Of a DNA stretch of 64,000 nt, positions 12,791-25,632 are shown piece by piece. The stretch covers positions 93,473,182 to 93,537,181 of the forward strand of contig JASCQW010000001.1 in NCBI GenBank assembly GCA_030264375.1. Direction: 5' to 3'. Under the pieces are notes generated by a model. It saw nothing but the letters and a program-made list of their open reading frames with translations, was not told the DNA's origin and ran no database searches. The stretch is from Carcharhinus longimanus. Its lineage: Eukaryota. Position 1 is the stretch's first letter. Each line of letters starts with the position of its first letter. The position numbers and the translations under genes are program-made.

Positions 12791-14688
12791 TATGTGTCAT
12801 TCACTTTGTTGATCTTTATCGGGATTTTACTAGTCATGATCGTGTTCACTTTGATACTGAGATGACTTGTCCTGACCACAATGTTCCTCACCATTTCTAA
12901 TTCCTTCCAATCCACTGTTCCTAATTTATTTCAGTTCTGTCTTTCAGCTCCTGATTTCTCTCATTCCCATGTTGCACATGTGCAGTCAAAATACATCCAT
13001 CCTGTCCCTGCTGGAGCTCTGCTGGGTCATATTTCCTTCATTCCTATCCCTGCTCTTATTGTATTATCCCTAACTTTTCTTCATTCCTGCCCTGCGCAAA
13101 TCTCTGAGTCCACATTGCTTTGGTGCTCCTGAACAGAAATTCAAAGCTTCCAAGCAATATCACTGGCACCCTTCACCCTCAGTGTGCCATCTTTAGCTAT
13201 TTGCTCACACACAATTCCAGATAAATGCTTCAGAATCTAAATGGAGTTTGAGCATGTCAGAAACCATTATAGGATTAGTGTGTAAGTACTGAAACTCTGA
13301 CAAATGGCTTATTGTAAGATAAAGGAAAGGGAGAAAATCTTGCCAACTTTGATGACTAATGTACAGAAAAGGACTCAAACTGCATTCTGGATTAGTGCAA
13401 ATCTAAGAGCAGTGATCTGCAGGAGACAGTAACGTTCTGATCAAAGTAATGGATGCTTTTCATCTGGTACTGTACGGTAGACGTACTGCAGCATATGTGA
13501 TCTGACTTGATGCAAGTTCCTTTACAATGCAAGACTGTCCCCAGATGGCTGTGTGAGCATTCAATCCTCTCGCAAAGGCGAGGCACGCCCTCAAGAATTA
13601 TACACTGACATTTTGCCAGCAGCTACAGAATTCTTGGACTTGATGTCTGGAGCAGGCAAATGTTTACAATTCCCAGAAATGAGACTAAGAGTGAGAAGGC
13701 AGTTACTGACAGCAAACAGGGGTCGTCAATAGTGAGAGCAGAGTGTTGAACCTGTAAGACTGGAGGAATCAAAGTTAATATATGAGGATCAGTGCCGTGC
13801 ACAGAGTAACGGATCAGCTGCAGGCACTGTCAACGAGCACACAAAGTACCACACAAGCTTAAAATAACATCCGTCTTTTTGTTCCTGTATTTTCTGACAT
13901 GCAACACAGAATATGAGTGAATCTATTTCAAATAACACACTCCACATACTGAGGATGGGACTTGGTGAATGGCTTACAAGTTGCTGAGACAACCCAGCTT
14001 GCCCTGTGTTAAGGATCAGATTGAATTCTCTGTTGGCTTTTGCATGTACACAGAAATGCCCAACAATTCTGAGTCAAAATGATTCTGAAAAATGTACTAA
14101 TTGCATTGCCACTGATCTGTTATTCCATCTTTAGGTCTCTTTCTCTCCATACACACAATTGGAAGGATGATGGGGATATCATAAAGAATATGATCTACTC
14201 ATAGATAAATGCCACAAGTGCTCCACTGTCTGCAATTTTACAGCATTTCATTTTCAATTCGGATGGACGGTCATCCCAACTTTGTATAGACACCCAAATA
14301 TTGTCCTTCAAACATTCCAATTCAATTAGATTAGCACTTGACATTAGGTGCTCTACTTCCATAACATTATTCACAGTTTATGAAAATAAAAACCATATTA
14401 GAAGAATTCGTATCAAGAAATGAATTCTGATATTTTCCTTCCCCTTGAATGGATATGTAATTTGAGGCTTGGGTGTCTTAAAGGTGCAGTTTATTTGCTA
14501 AATTAAACAATGTTCACCAAAGATGCAATTCTACATTAAGCATTACATTTCATCCTATGTGACACCCTAACCTTCATCATCCTGCCATTAGCTTTCAATC
14601 TCATCCTCATGTTTACAGCTGGAATTGGACCTTACGCAGTTATTTGCAAGAGTCAACCTGCAAGGAAGATTGATCTCATAAAGACATG

Positions 14689-15545
14689 AGGGGACGATCT
14701 TACTCAAAAAAAAATTCGAAGTGCGGAATGAGTGCAAAAATGGGAGACTTTCAGATTTTTTTTGGACGAGTTTAAAAATGTAATCTTATGCCATCTTGTG
14801 CAAAAAATGATGTATAATCTGTTTCCCACCAGTAGGGGAGGGGAGGAGAGAGGCAGGGCCTAAGATCACAAAAAGCCGGCTGCTCACAACAGAGGGTGCA
14901 GATCTCTATCCTATGCAACAGAACAGAGAGATCTGTCTGTCACCTCCACCTCCTTGGAGGGTGGAGGTGACTGGCCTCCTGGCAGAACAGCCACACATCT
15001 CCCTGCATATTGCCCCACAAATCCCCACACATGGCCCAGCTAAGTGCCAGGCAAATCCCCTACTCCTGGCCCAAACAAGTGCTGCCCAAACCCCCCACTG
15101 CCAGCCTGGCCGATCGCCATTGTGGAGTGCGCAGCTTCCTCACCCTGCTAATCCTCCTTGCAGAGTGTGCAGCTCCCCTCATCATCTGCCTACACTTAGG
15201 CCCTGCCACATAATGGCCCTGCCTTCTCCCCTTAGGCTCCGCCCCCACAACAATCACTGCCTTGGCACTGTTCAGTGCCTGATGGGCAGTGCCAGGGTGT
15301 CCAGTGGGCAGTGCCAGCATGCCAGGCTGGTACTGCCCAAGGGGCATTGCCGCTCCCATCAACCACCTTGCAGAGCCTCAATGGCCTCCAGTCCTACTGG
15401 TGAGGCATCACATCTGGTCGCTGTTGATGGGGACCATACATGATCCTTGCTGGTGAGGGCCTTCACCAGAAAGCCATTAAGAAACTGAGCCCGGATGATA
15501 GTGTCCCAGATCCAATTATATTTAAATCCATATGACCATGGATTT
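14689..15545. mobile_element. GC-rich non-autonomous DNA-transposon-like repeat
   Basis: Starts ggggacgatcttac; has internal ggcactg/cagtgcc/tgccag motifs typical of shark interspersed repeats; no recognisable protein in any of its ORFs. Confidence 0.45.
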
Positions 15546-15574
15546 AAATATTATAATCAGCCTTGCGCCCTTCC

Positions 15575-16806
15575 CATTATAGTACCTTTTCTTCCTGCAT
15601 CCAAGTCATTAATACAGATTGTAATTGGTTGGGAGCCGAGGACTAAATCTTGTGGCATCCACTTGTTAGATCTTGCCAACCAGAAGAGGTCCATTTATTC
15701 CAATCCTCTGCTTTCTGTTGGTTAGCCAGTCCTCCATCCAAGCTAATAAATTATCCCTAAGTGATCTTATCTTGGGTATTAACTTTTTATGTGCCACCTT
15801 ATCAAATGCCTTCTGGAAGTCCAGATATACAACACCTACAGGATCCCAATTATTGGCTATGCTATGATTGGTTATGATAAATTGGCCCTTAATCTCCCAA
15901 AATGTGTAGGTTATATGGATTAACCACGGTAAATGTCTAGGGTTATGGGGACAGGATGGGGGTACTCTGTCAGAGAGAGTCAGTGAAGACTTGATGGGCT
16001 GAATGGCCTCCTTTTGCACTGATTGAATTCTATGATCCACTTTGCTTCTTACATCTTCGAAGAACTCTAGCAAATTAGTCAAACATGATTTATCCTTCTT
16101 AAAACTATGCCGAGTCTGATAGGTTGTGTTTTTATTTTCCAGATGACCTGTTATTTCTTCCTTAATAATGGATTCTAACAATTTCCCAACAACAGATGTC
16201 ACACTAATTGGTCTATAGTTTTCTACTTTCTGCCTCCTCCCTTTTTTGAATAAGGGCATTAGCATTTTTCTAATCCACTGGAACCTTTCCCACATCCTGG
16301 GAATTTGGAATATTATAACCAATGGATCCATTGTCTCCACTGCCACTTCCTTTAAGACCCTAAGATGTAGGCCGACAGGGCCTGGGGACTTGTCTGCTTT
16401 CAATCGCAATAAGTTTACTCAGTACCTTTTTTCTAATGATGATTATTCTAAATTCCTTCCTTTCTATTACCTCTGCATTACTTGTTACTATTCGGATGGT
16501 GGTAGAGTCATCCACCGTGAAAGCTGAGGCAAAATACTGATTTTGTGTTCCCAATTTTTCTGTGTTCCCCACTATTAATTTCCCAGTCTCATCCTCCAAG
16601 GGTCCAACATTCACCTTAGCTACTCTCTTCCCTTTTACATATTTATAAAAACTTCTGCCATCCTTTTTATGTTTTGTGCTAGTTTTCTTTCATAATTTAC
16701 CTTTGCTCTTTTTATTTTTTTAGTAACCCTTTGTTGATTTTTAAAAGTTTCCCTATCTTCCAGCCTGCCACTGACTTTTGCAATATGGTATGTCTTAGCT
16801 TTGTCT
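15575..16806 (-). mobile_element. CR1 LINE ORF2 (reverse transcriptase) fragment, decayed
   Basis: LKADKSPGP..HLRVLKEVA..NYRPISVTSVVGKLLESII..SCLTNLLEFFEDV..VVYLDFQKAFDKV..W.EDWLTNRKQR motifs, with frameshifts. Confidence 0.9.
15854..16034 (+). mobile_element. HE1 SINE 3' half inserted antisense into the CR1 RT
   Basis: gattggttatgataaattggcccttaat...gatgggctgaatggcctccttttgcactgattgaattctatg lies between CR1 codons KVD and NWDP. Confidence 0.8.
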
Positions 16807-16809
16807 TGT

Positions 16810-17130
16810 AACAGGGAGTCAATGTTATGTGAGCAATTATAACAACCCAATTGCTCACTGCAAAGTCCCTCAAACAGCAATGAGATTAGTAGTTAAGTTC
16901 ATCTGTTTTAGCAATGTTGGTTGAGATACAAATATTCGCCAGGGTGCCAGGACAGCTCCTCTGCCAATGTTAAAGCAGCGTTATTGACCTTTAACCTCCA
17001 CTTGAGAGGGCAGACGGAAGTACACTTTTAATTCAATATTTCCTCAATAAGCATCAATCTAGATCGTGTATAGACTTGGGAATGAAACTCAACTCAACTT
17101 TATGACTCAAAGGCAGGGATACTGCCATTA
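16810..17130 (-). mobile_element. Deu-domain SINE (SacSINE1-like), degenerate
   Basis: caaagtccctcaaacagcaatgagat..ttggttgaga..ccaggacagctcctctg..ccacttgagagggcagac..tgactcaaaggcagg. Confidence 0.55.
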
Positions 17131-18064
17131 AACAAAGGCTGGCACCTTTATACTTGTATATGCACATGTGTGAGTGCACACATATGCATATCTGTTTATG
17201 CTTAAGTAAAAGCATATCAGGAGGAAGGAAGAGCTAGCATAACAGACATAGCTGAAAACCATCCAGAGATTGGATACCCTCCGAGCACATTTTGTGATCT
17301 GAAACTGTGCAGATGACACATTCAAGTCTGTAACTGCTGTGATGTCTAATTAGTTCTGAAGTGCTATGCCGAACATAGAGGGCCTCCTAGGTCCACAGCA
17401 ATGTGTAATGCACCTAACGATTCAAAGTTACAATTTGACAACCTGGCTACACTTATCACAAGCACAATCTGACAGATTAAACATTGCTGCTTCAAATGTT
17501 ATTCCATTTTGTGCTGCTAGAAAGCTCTACATTACAAGTGTTCTCTTTGTCAGATGGGCTGCAGTTGTCTTTATAATGAGTAATTGCAGCTTTCTCTAAT
17601 ATCATAAGCAACCTCACAGGATCAGTAACATGGCTCCTTCTCAGGCCAAAACAGCCTCACTTTGAAGCCTTTAAGGGATCTACAGTCTAAAAGGAAAAGT
17701 ATTTCACATCAGCAATTCAATCTAAATTNNNNNNNNNNNNNNNNNNNNNNNNNNNNNNNNNNNNNNNNNNNNNNNNNNNNNNNNNNNNNNNNNNNNNNNN
17801 NNNNNNNNNNNNNNNNNNNNNNNNNNNNAAATTGACAATGTGAAGCCAAACATTTTTTCCAAATTTATATTGACCATGAAAATAATTTAAACTGTTACAT
17901 TTAAATTGAGTATTTGTCCCTGGCTACAATTTTTTTACTCAAAATCTAATTTCTTTCAGAGCTTTCTACTCACCAGAATCCATGAATCATTGCTGTTTTA
18001 TCAAAGTGGTGGATTGGTGATGCCTCTCTAATTTGTATTTTTGAGAACTCAGAAAAAAATCCAA

Positions 18065-18440
18065 TCAGTCCTTGCTCAGTGAAAGCAGTCAAATAAAGCT
18101 AAACAAACCAGGGAGGTCCCAAATTCAAGTCTTAATCTGTGCTGAGTTACCGGATCTTACCCTAGTCATTAGCAGTGCCATACAACAATAGATTTCAGCA
18201 TCTTTGTGCTAAATGGGGCGGAGTGGTGGGGAAGTGGACTCAGATAATATTTCAACGCGAGTGTTAAAACATGAAACTTGGACACTGGCTGAGGATAGAA
18301 TTAGACTCAATTATGATGACCCCCATGGTCAATAAATCACTAAGACACATATACGAATCCTGTATAGGATGTGGCAGGACTACTTTACCCATGGGGACGG
18401 TACCCTAGTATGTAGCATTGCCTTCAAGGAAGGAGAGAAT
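18065..18440 (+). repeat. Old degenerate SINE-like repeat
   Basis: accagggaggtcccaaattcaagt..ctgtgctgagtta..tgaggatagaattagactc..gatgacccccatggtcaata..gccttcaaggaaggag; related copies at about 20330-20620, 21245-21510 and 39420-39600. Confidence 0.4.
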
Positions 18441-20329
18441 ATTCAGAAAATAACACTCATTTTCTCAAAAATATTTGTTCTGTTTTAGAAAAGAAAATTT
18501 CTCCTTAGCCTAAGTACAGATATAGCCATGTCTATTCGAACAAATCTGTTCTAAAATTCGCCAGAAATAGAAAGTGCATTTATATTTGCCATTATGTAGT
18601 ATTTATAAACTCAAATGAAGATCCATTTCACATAGAGCTTACTCTTTCAGACCATTTCCTAAAACAAATTCCTTCTAGTCCTTTGTTTTTCCCCGACAGT
18701 TCAACATCCCTTCAAGTGCTGAAAGCTGCCCACTGAACAGGTGTACAATGTGCCCAGTTTCCCCACAATGGCTGTTAGTGTCAATGTGATACCTCTGAAC
18801 TCAACAGCAATGATTAGTTGAAATAAACTATCCTTAATGAAGGGTAAGCAACGTGCTCCAACTTTTAAGGTACTATCAACCTTACACTTATAGTGTGCTG
18901 TAAACAATGATACACTGTAAAATGGAAGCATTAACAGGGACATCAGAGTACTGTGAAGTCCACAGATGCCTTCATTACTATCATCGAGAGGTGCTAAGCT
19001 TTCTGAAATGCTTTCAAAAAGTGAATATGAGATGTGAACTGCTATTTTCTTCCAAAGAAAGGAAGAGTGAAGGGGGATATAGTCTTAGCATTGTTATTTC
19101 CATCTCAATCTGTCAACACAGTAATAAATCAGTGATGGATTTCATGCAAACTTTGTAGATAAGGTCAAAGAGTTTATACAATGGGTATGTTTCAGATTGG
19201 GATAGACCTAATTATCTCATAATGCTACATATTGTATTTATTTAAAGAATGGTAATTTCCAAATAATTGATCGCTGCTCCAGCATTAAAATAATACTTAA
19301 TCATAAACTTAACTTCATTGTGGTGATAACCTTATTTCCATATGATGCCACTACCCTATTGGATAGCAGTTATCATGAAGATCCTTTTAACATACTTACT
19401 TAATGAAATGTGTCAGAATTACTCAGTTTGTCTCAACTTGCTGAATAATTCATACTGTAGCATTCATTCAGAAAATCAGATCACTGTATTTGATAATTGT
19501 TTCAACTATCTTTTCCCCCACCAAGTGAGATCAGCTTTATTCAGTACATCAGGTAACCTTGAAAAGACGTGACAGCCAGTGAATTATTGATCACGAATGT
19601 CCAGAGCCATGGGGGATTGTGGAGATTTGCAACTTTGTTTTTGATCAATTTAGTTAACGTCAATCTACATAATGTGCTGTTTTGTGCAATACTATCATGA
19701 ATAATTCAGCCATTGAGGACACTGAATATTCCTTAGTTGAGCATACTAAAGTGCTTCATCAACACAACTACTATAAATGATCAATTAAAATTAACTGTCC
19801 TTTTTATGAAGTAATCAAGATTCTTAATAGCTTTCTAAGAAACTAGAAAACCAGATTCTTGACATCAGTTGACATCAAGATTCCAAACCCAATATCATCT
19901 TTGCTTAAAGATACTGTCGGAGTACTGTGGTACAGATACTGTGGTACATTTTGAAACACAAGCTATCTAGTCTTATTTATTCTATCCAGTCTTAAAAATG
20001 GAAAACTGGCTTGTAGAGAACTCCTTTATGCACTTCCCATTCTATTACTTCAGGATGAATTTTAGGAGAGGAAATTTTCTTAGTTCCCTCCTTGTAACCA
20101 TCCACGCTCGAGCTTAAACTGGCTCTTTCACCAAGATTTTAGTGACCCTTCCTAATCTCTTTAGTTTAGTGGCCACACTCATCTGATTACACATCTCTAA
20201 AGCACATTCGGAAATATTTCTATTTCAAATCATTGTTGTTGTTGAGTTTCTGTCGCTAATGTAAAGTCTTCTCCAACAGTTGTGCAATCTCCGCCCTCTA
20301 AAGCCAGACTCGGTGGTCCATCAGATAAC

Positions 20330-20620
20330 TGAGTCACTTGGATCAAAGTCTCCATTTTGCTGAGTTAGTTGAAAGAGTGACAGAGAAAAAAAATCAGCCA
20401 GGTTCTTGTGGCCAGTTACTCCTACAGAAGCTTCCTCGAAAGTGTGTTTAGGGAATGTCAGGTGAGGTCTGGCATGGGCTTGACTATTATAAGAACTGCA
20501 GTCAAACTACCGATACATGCTCAATAATGTTTGCTGGGTTAGACAATAGAGTAACTGACAGTCATGGTGCCATAACCACAATGGAGCCAATGCATTTAGG
20601 AGGGAAGTGGAGGAAAAAAG
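20330..20620 (+). repeat. Old degenerate SINE-like repeat (family of 18065-18440)
   Basis: tgctgagttag..aaaaatcagccaggtt..gaaagtgtgt..gtcaggtgagg. Confidence 0.35.
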
Positions 20621-22139
20621 ATAAGGAAGAAAAAGATGTACACTTTCTTTGACCTTGCAGAGTCTGGGTGTAATAAGTACGAAAATTCAGTTGATCAATC
20701 AATTAAAAGAAAAAAGTGAAAGGGAATAAAGCACATCAAAATAACAAATGACAAAACTGTCCTGTGCAAGACAAGTCATCTGCAATTCTACAATTCACAA
20801 TGAAATATGGTTTTGGTTGTGACACAAAGCCATTTGGAAACCCTTCCCTATGAATCTTGCTCAGACAAAAACACTGTCAATTTATTATCAATGTCAAATC
20901 TCTGCCCTTGTTTTTGGAATCAAGGAATACAGTAAACATTGCAGCACAATCTTGCTGATCTTCAGCATCATTCCCTTTATGTTTTGCATATTCCTAGGCT
21001 TGTAAAAATACTGGTGTAAATTAAATGGCTTAGAAGCTGTTGCTTTGGACGCAGCCAGAAACATTCCAATTGGTAGCAATTCAGTAGTTAGCCCCATCGT
21101 CCCCAGCTGTCCTCACCCAATAGCTCAGAGTACAATGCAGTGCGTTATTGTCAAGCTAATTTTAACCGAAATTAACTGCTTCTCTGTTTTTCAGATTTCC
21201 AGCATTCACCACATTTTACTTTTATTTCAATGTTAATAATTTGCACATGCCTGAAAGACCATGGTCTAGCTTTGGAGTTGGCAGAGACATATCAGCAAAA
21301 GTATCTAATCTTGAGGCCACACACTAACCTGGACTGGTGAGAGCATGTCTATGGATGTTGGTTGCAATCAAGCTCAACATCAGCTGTGAAGTTCCTCCAA
21401 GATAAATATTTTGTTAACTCAAATGATCCAAACCTCCACATGAAGAATTTGAGCCATTTAAGCAGGGGGTCAGGAATTGACTGTCAGTGAGAGACAGGAA
21501 CAGAGGAATGAAAATCCCTCCCCCCAGTTTTTATTGGGTGGGTTGGGGGAGTTTTTTGGTCTTTAAGAAGGGATGATGATTAATTCTTTACTAGCCCAGA
21601 CTCTAATTTTTGCTGACCCTTCTCTGGCCTTCGGTTAGGTTTGTGTCTTTTGTTTATTTGCCTTGGGCAAGGGAGGAGTATTTTCCTTCTGATGTTTTAG
21701 CATAGGGATTCCACATCAACTTTCAACCAGATGTGTGTAAACTGCAGCAGCAACAATAGTTGGCATCCCAGTTACCAGCTGATCCAATTGGACTGTGTTT
21801 TAAAGTTTAAAAAGCCATGTTTAGTTTATGTCATGAAATTATGTAAGATCAGCACTACCACAAATCAGAGCCAGGAAGTCCATTGATAAAAGTGATCCCC
21901 AACTGATCAAACATTAAAAATCTAGCACATCAAGCCCCACTCAGTAATCATGAGGATAAGTTCAAACCAAACTGATGAAATGACCCATTGCTGAGGGCAT
22001 AGACTTCGACCGTAAGAGACAAACTAAAGTAAGAGGAAAATGTCTAGCCAGTTCTAGTTACTTTGCTACATGCTGAGCACACTTGTCTGTTCTTCTGGCT
22101 CAAATACAAAGATCAAAATTCTGAACATTCCTTGTTACT

Positions 22140-22462
22140 GTCTCAGCAATTCACCCAAGGTCCTTAGACAGCACCTTCTAAACCCACAACCATATCAATC
22201 TAGAAGGGCAAGGGCAGCAGATACATGGGAACACCATCATCTGCAAATTTCCCTCCAAGACGCTCACCATCCTAACTTGGAAATATATCACCATTCATAT
22301 GCAGCCAATGGGTCAAAATCATGAAATTCTCTCCCTAATGGCATTGCGGGTCAACTCACAGCAAGTGGACTGCAGCAATTCAGTAAAGTGGCTCATCACC
22401 ACCTTCTCAAGGGCAGTTAGCGATGGACAGTAAATGCCCATGTCCTATGAATGAATAAGAAA
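22140..22462 (+). mobile_element. CR1-like LINE 3' fragment (second lineage)
   Basis: SNSPKVLRQHLLNPQP..RRARAADTWEHHHLQ ORF2 C-terminal remnant; tail caccttctcaagggcagttagcgatgg..cctatgaatgaataag. Confidence 0.75.
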
Positions 22463-23058
22463 ACGACTCAGCTTCATCCTCTGCACCACCAATGTCTTCA
22501 AAGTGTCCAAGCTGGTGAAAAGGAATGATCATAACTATAAACTGGTAGGCTAGTTGAGTATGTTTACCTCGGGTAACAGTGAAAATATCATAAAACACNN
22601 NNNNNNNNNNNNNNNNNNNNNNNNNNNNNNNNNNNNNNNNNNNNNNNNNNNNNNNNNNNNNNNNNNNNNNNNNNNNNNNNNNNNNNNNNNNNNNNNNNCT
22701 AGGAAACTTTCATTTAGGAAAACAGTGAAAATATAATAAAACACAATTTGAATCCTAGAATATGGTGGAATCCTGTACATCACCACCGCGCCCCACCCCC
22801 ATCTTAATTTCCACAGTTCCACAGGGGTAGAAACTGGTAAGCAATGTACACCTGTTTCTCAGTCATCAAACTGCCACAAAGTTTATCAATTTAGCAATGA
22901 GCCAGTCTATCAATCTCCAATGGTGTTGCGCCCACTGTTAAATTCATGCAACCTGTCTTTTAGGTTTCCTGTTTTGGTTTATTTCTGTGCAGCACCAAAT
23001 CAGACCCTGAAAATTAGCCCAGACCAATTCCAACATCCAGAACCTTGCGAGAAAAGGA

Positions 23059-23375
23059 TCATAGAATCCTTACAGTGCAGAAGAACGCCATTCAGCCCTT
23101 CGAGTCTGCATTGACAACAATCCCAGCCAGGGTCTATCGCCATAACCCCTCACATTTACCTCACTAATCCCTCTAATCTATCCACCCCAGGACACTAAGG
23201 GGCAATTTAGCAAGGCGAATGCATCTAGCCTGCACATCTTTGGACTGTAAGAAACCCACGCAGACATGAGGAGAACGTGAAAACTCTACACAGATAGTGA
23301 CCCAAGCCAGAAATCGAACCCAGGTCCCTGGAGCTGTGAGGCAGCAGTGCTAACCACTGTGCCACCATGCTGCCC
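23059..23375 (-). mobile_element. HE1 V-SINE
   Basis: atcatagaatccttacagtgcagaag...gcagcagtgctaaccactgtgccaccatgctgccc is the reverse complement of HE1. Confidence 0.9.
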
Positions 23376-24559
23376 TTCTTATCAATGTTATTCATTAAGC
23401 ACAGAACCTTAAGGTAACTCTCCAGAACATTATGGGTGAAAGTACTAACAAGGAGAGTCTTTTGAATCAGTCTTGATATTGGTAATCCTGATTTCTTGTT
23501 CTTGGCCTCCTGAACCAGGCCCCCACTTCATTTATTCCAGTCTCCCTGAGATCCCTAACCTCTACTCCTCACCGCAGTGGGACTGCCTGTAATCTGAAAT
23601 TAACCTGTTCGGGTAACTTTGATCTTTGGATATCATCATGCCAGCATTCTGGTTTAGCTAATCCAGAGAATATTATTCCAAGCAAAATCTTGGTATTGGA
23701 AGAACCAAAGCATAATATTTTGAATGTGCTACACATCCCACTGATTAATAAATCCTGCGGCTCAATGGGTTAAGAGCCAGTCCTACCTCGAAATGAACTG
23801 ATTTAATAAGTGTTATGTTTCTCATGGCTTTTCATTTCAGAAAAGAAGGCCAACGTGGAAGGGACAGCATCCACTGGATCCATTACTCAGAGCTAAAATT
23901 AAAAAGTCCAGATGAGCAGTGCCTATGCAATTAATTACATAAATATTCACACATAAGTCACAGGATTCAACAAACCAATAAAGGCCTAAAGCTCGTTCTG
24001 ATTACAGGATTAGCGTAAGATGTCTCAAACAGGTACACTTCACTTGGACCGTTTGTGCCCAAACTCCCGACAATCTATTACCTATCAGTCTGTGTTCAGT
24101 ATGGTTACTACAGCCTGAGTGCTGCATTCCAGCTGAAATTTCAGGTTTATTTTTAGCCCTAGTAGCTCGAAGGTCACAGGAGTGTGCTACAAAATACGCC
24201 TGATGACAGGCGATTCCGTTCATTAGCCTTCTCCACAGAAACCACAGCTACATCCAAAGAACCAGCTCGCCATATCAAAATTGGTTACAATTTTCCAATT
24301 ATTTCTAAAGCGACATTATGTTGAGAAATGTAATGAGCCATTGCAGCTGTTTAAGGATATTTCATTATCATATACCAGATAAATGTAGAGAGCACTTGAT
24401 TAAAATGTGCATTTAGTGCTCACTGGGAGCTGATAAAATCATTCTTGCAATACATCAGAGTAATGTTTTTTTTCCCCCCAGAAGGAAGTGTTCCCTTTGG
24501 TTGACTGTGCCACTGTGTGATCAGACAAAGTTGGCATACACTTGGCCATTGAGATTCAT

Positions 24560-24990
24560 TAACTGATACCAAAGCTGAGAGGATTTAACTGTCAGAAGAA
24601 TGGGGACATTCTTTTCTCTCTGAAGTCGAGGAATCTTGAACATTATGAAATGGTATGATAGAACAGATATGGGGAAGGTGTTTCACGAAGGAAAGTCCAA
24701 ATCTTGGGGGACATAAATACAAAATAGTTACTAATGAGTTCAATAGCAAATGCAGGAGAACTTCTTTACTCAGAGGGGTCTCAATGTGAAATTTGGTACT
24801 ATTCCAGACTGTTGAGGCAAATAGCAAAGGGTACTTTAAAGGGAAGCCAGGTAAATACATGAGGGAGAAAGGGATAAAAGGGTGCAGTGATAGGGTTCGG
24901 TGAGGTCGGATAGGAGGAGGCTTATGTGGAGCATCAACACCAGTTGGGTTGAATGATCCATTTCTGTGCTATATTCAAGCTCATTCTATG
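24560..24990 (+). mobile_element. Old CR1 3' fragment
   Basis: aggagaacttctttactcagagggg..gttgaggcaaatagc..gggttgaatgatccatttctgtgct. Confidence 0.6.
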
Positions 24991-25632
24991 ATCTGGATTT
25001 CACAGGACACCGCATTCCCCCTCTACCCACCGTCTGCCCCGAATTAAAAAGTCAGGGACAGTCTGCCAAGAATCTGATGGCTGTCCCACAACAATTTAAC
25101 TCTGGGAACATCATTAATCGCTTAAAGGTGCGACTTCTGCCCCTTTCTGAAGAGGAGGTCTTGCCTTGGAGAGCTGTTCACCAATCAGATGGCCAGCAGC
25201 TCTGTCGTGATGGCTAGGAGCATGGTGAGACAGAAAGTAAGTGTGTAAGGGGACAATTCAGATTTGTGCCCAGTGTGTGAGCAATGGGCGGAAGAATGCT
25301 GGGGTCCGTCGGGGGGTACAGTGGGAAGGTCCTGATGCCCCAGTGCTGATGGACTGTGCAAGTGTGGCAGCAAGACAAACATGACAATGTCCCCAATGAA
25401 GGGGGGCAGTGGGAGGGCACCTGATGTCTGTGAGGGTGGTTCGCTGTCAGATCGGGACGCCCTGTGCAATGGCGCTCAAGTGCTCTGCAACTGTGTTCCC
25501 TGGTGCACTTGGGCTTCACCTCTTCCCTGCCGGCACAAAGCTTGAGTGCTGTAAGATTGTGGTGCCGTCATGGAGGACCCTGTTTTCATGCTGTTACAAC
25601 ACTTCGAATTTTTGGGGGAAAATTTCACCATA
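24990..25632. mobile_element. Non-autonomous DNA-transposon-like repeat, degenerate
   Basis: Ends resemble tctggatttc..gaaaatttcacc; internal gaggaggtcttgccttggagagctg..ccaatcagatggccagcagctct motif. Confidence 0.35.

Noticed and set aside
13392-13755. Cys-containing minus-strand ORF and nearby acceptor-like site as a distant Nodal exon 3 or other exon
   Set aside because: Cysteine spacing does not match the cystine knot and no known protein is recognisable.
14913-15443. 176-aa Pro/Cys-rich ORF
   Set aside because: Lies in a GC-rich interspersed repeat; no domain or splice support.
22575-22745. Near-identical 24-bp sequence (aacagtgaaaatat[c/a]ataaaacac) either side of a gap
   Set aside because: Cannot be distinguished from a haplotype bubble or gap artefact without reads.
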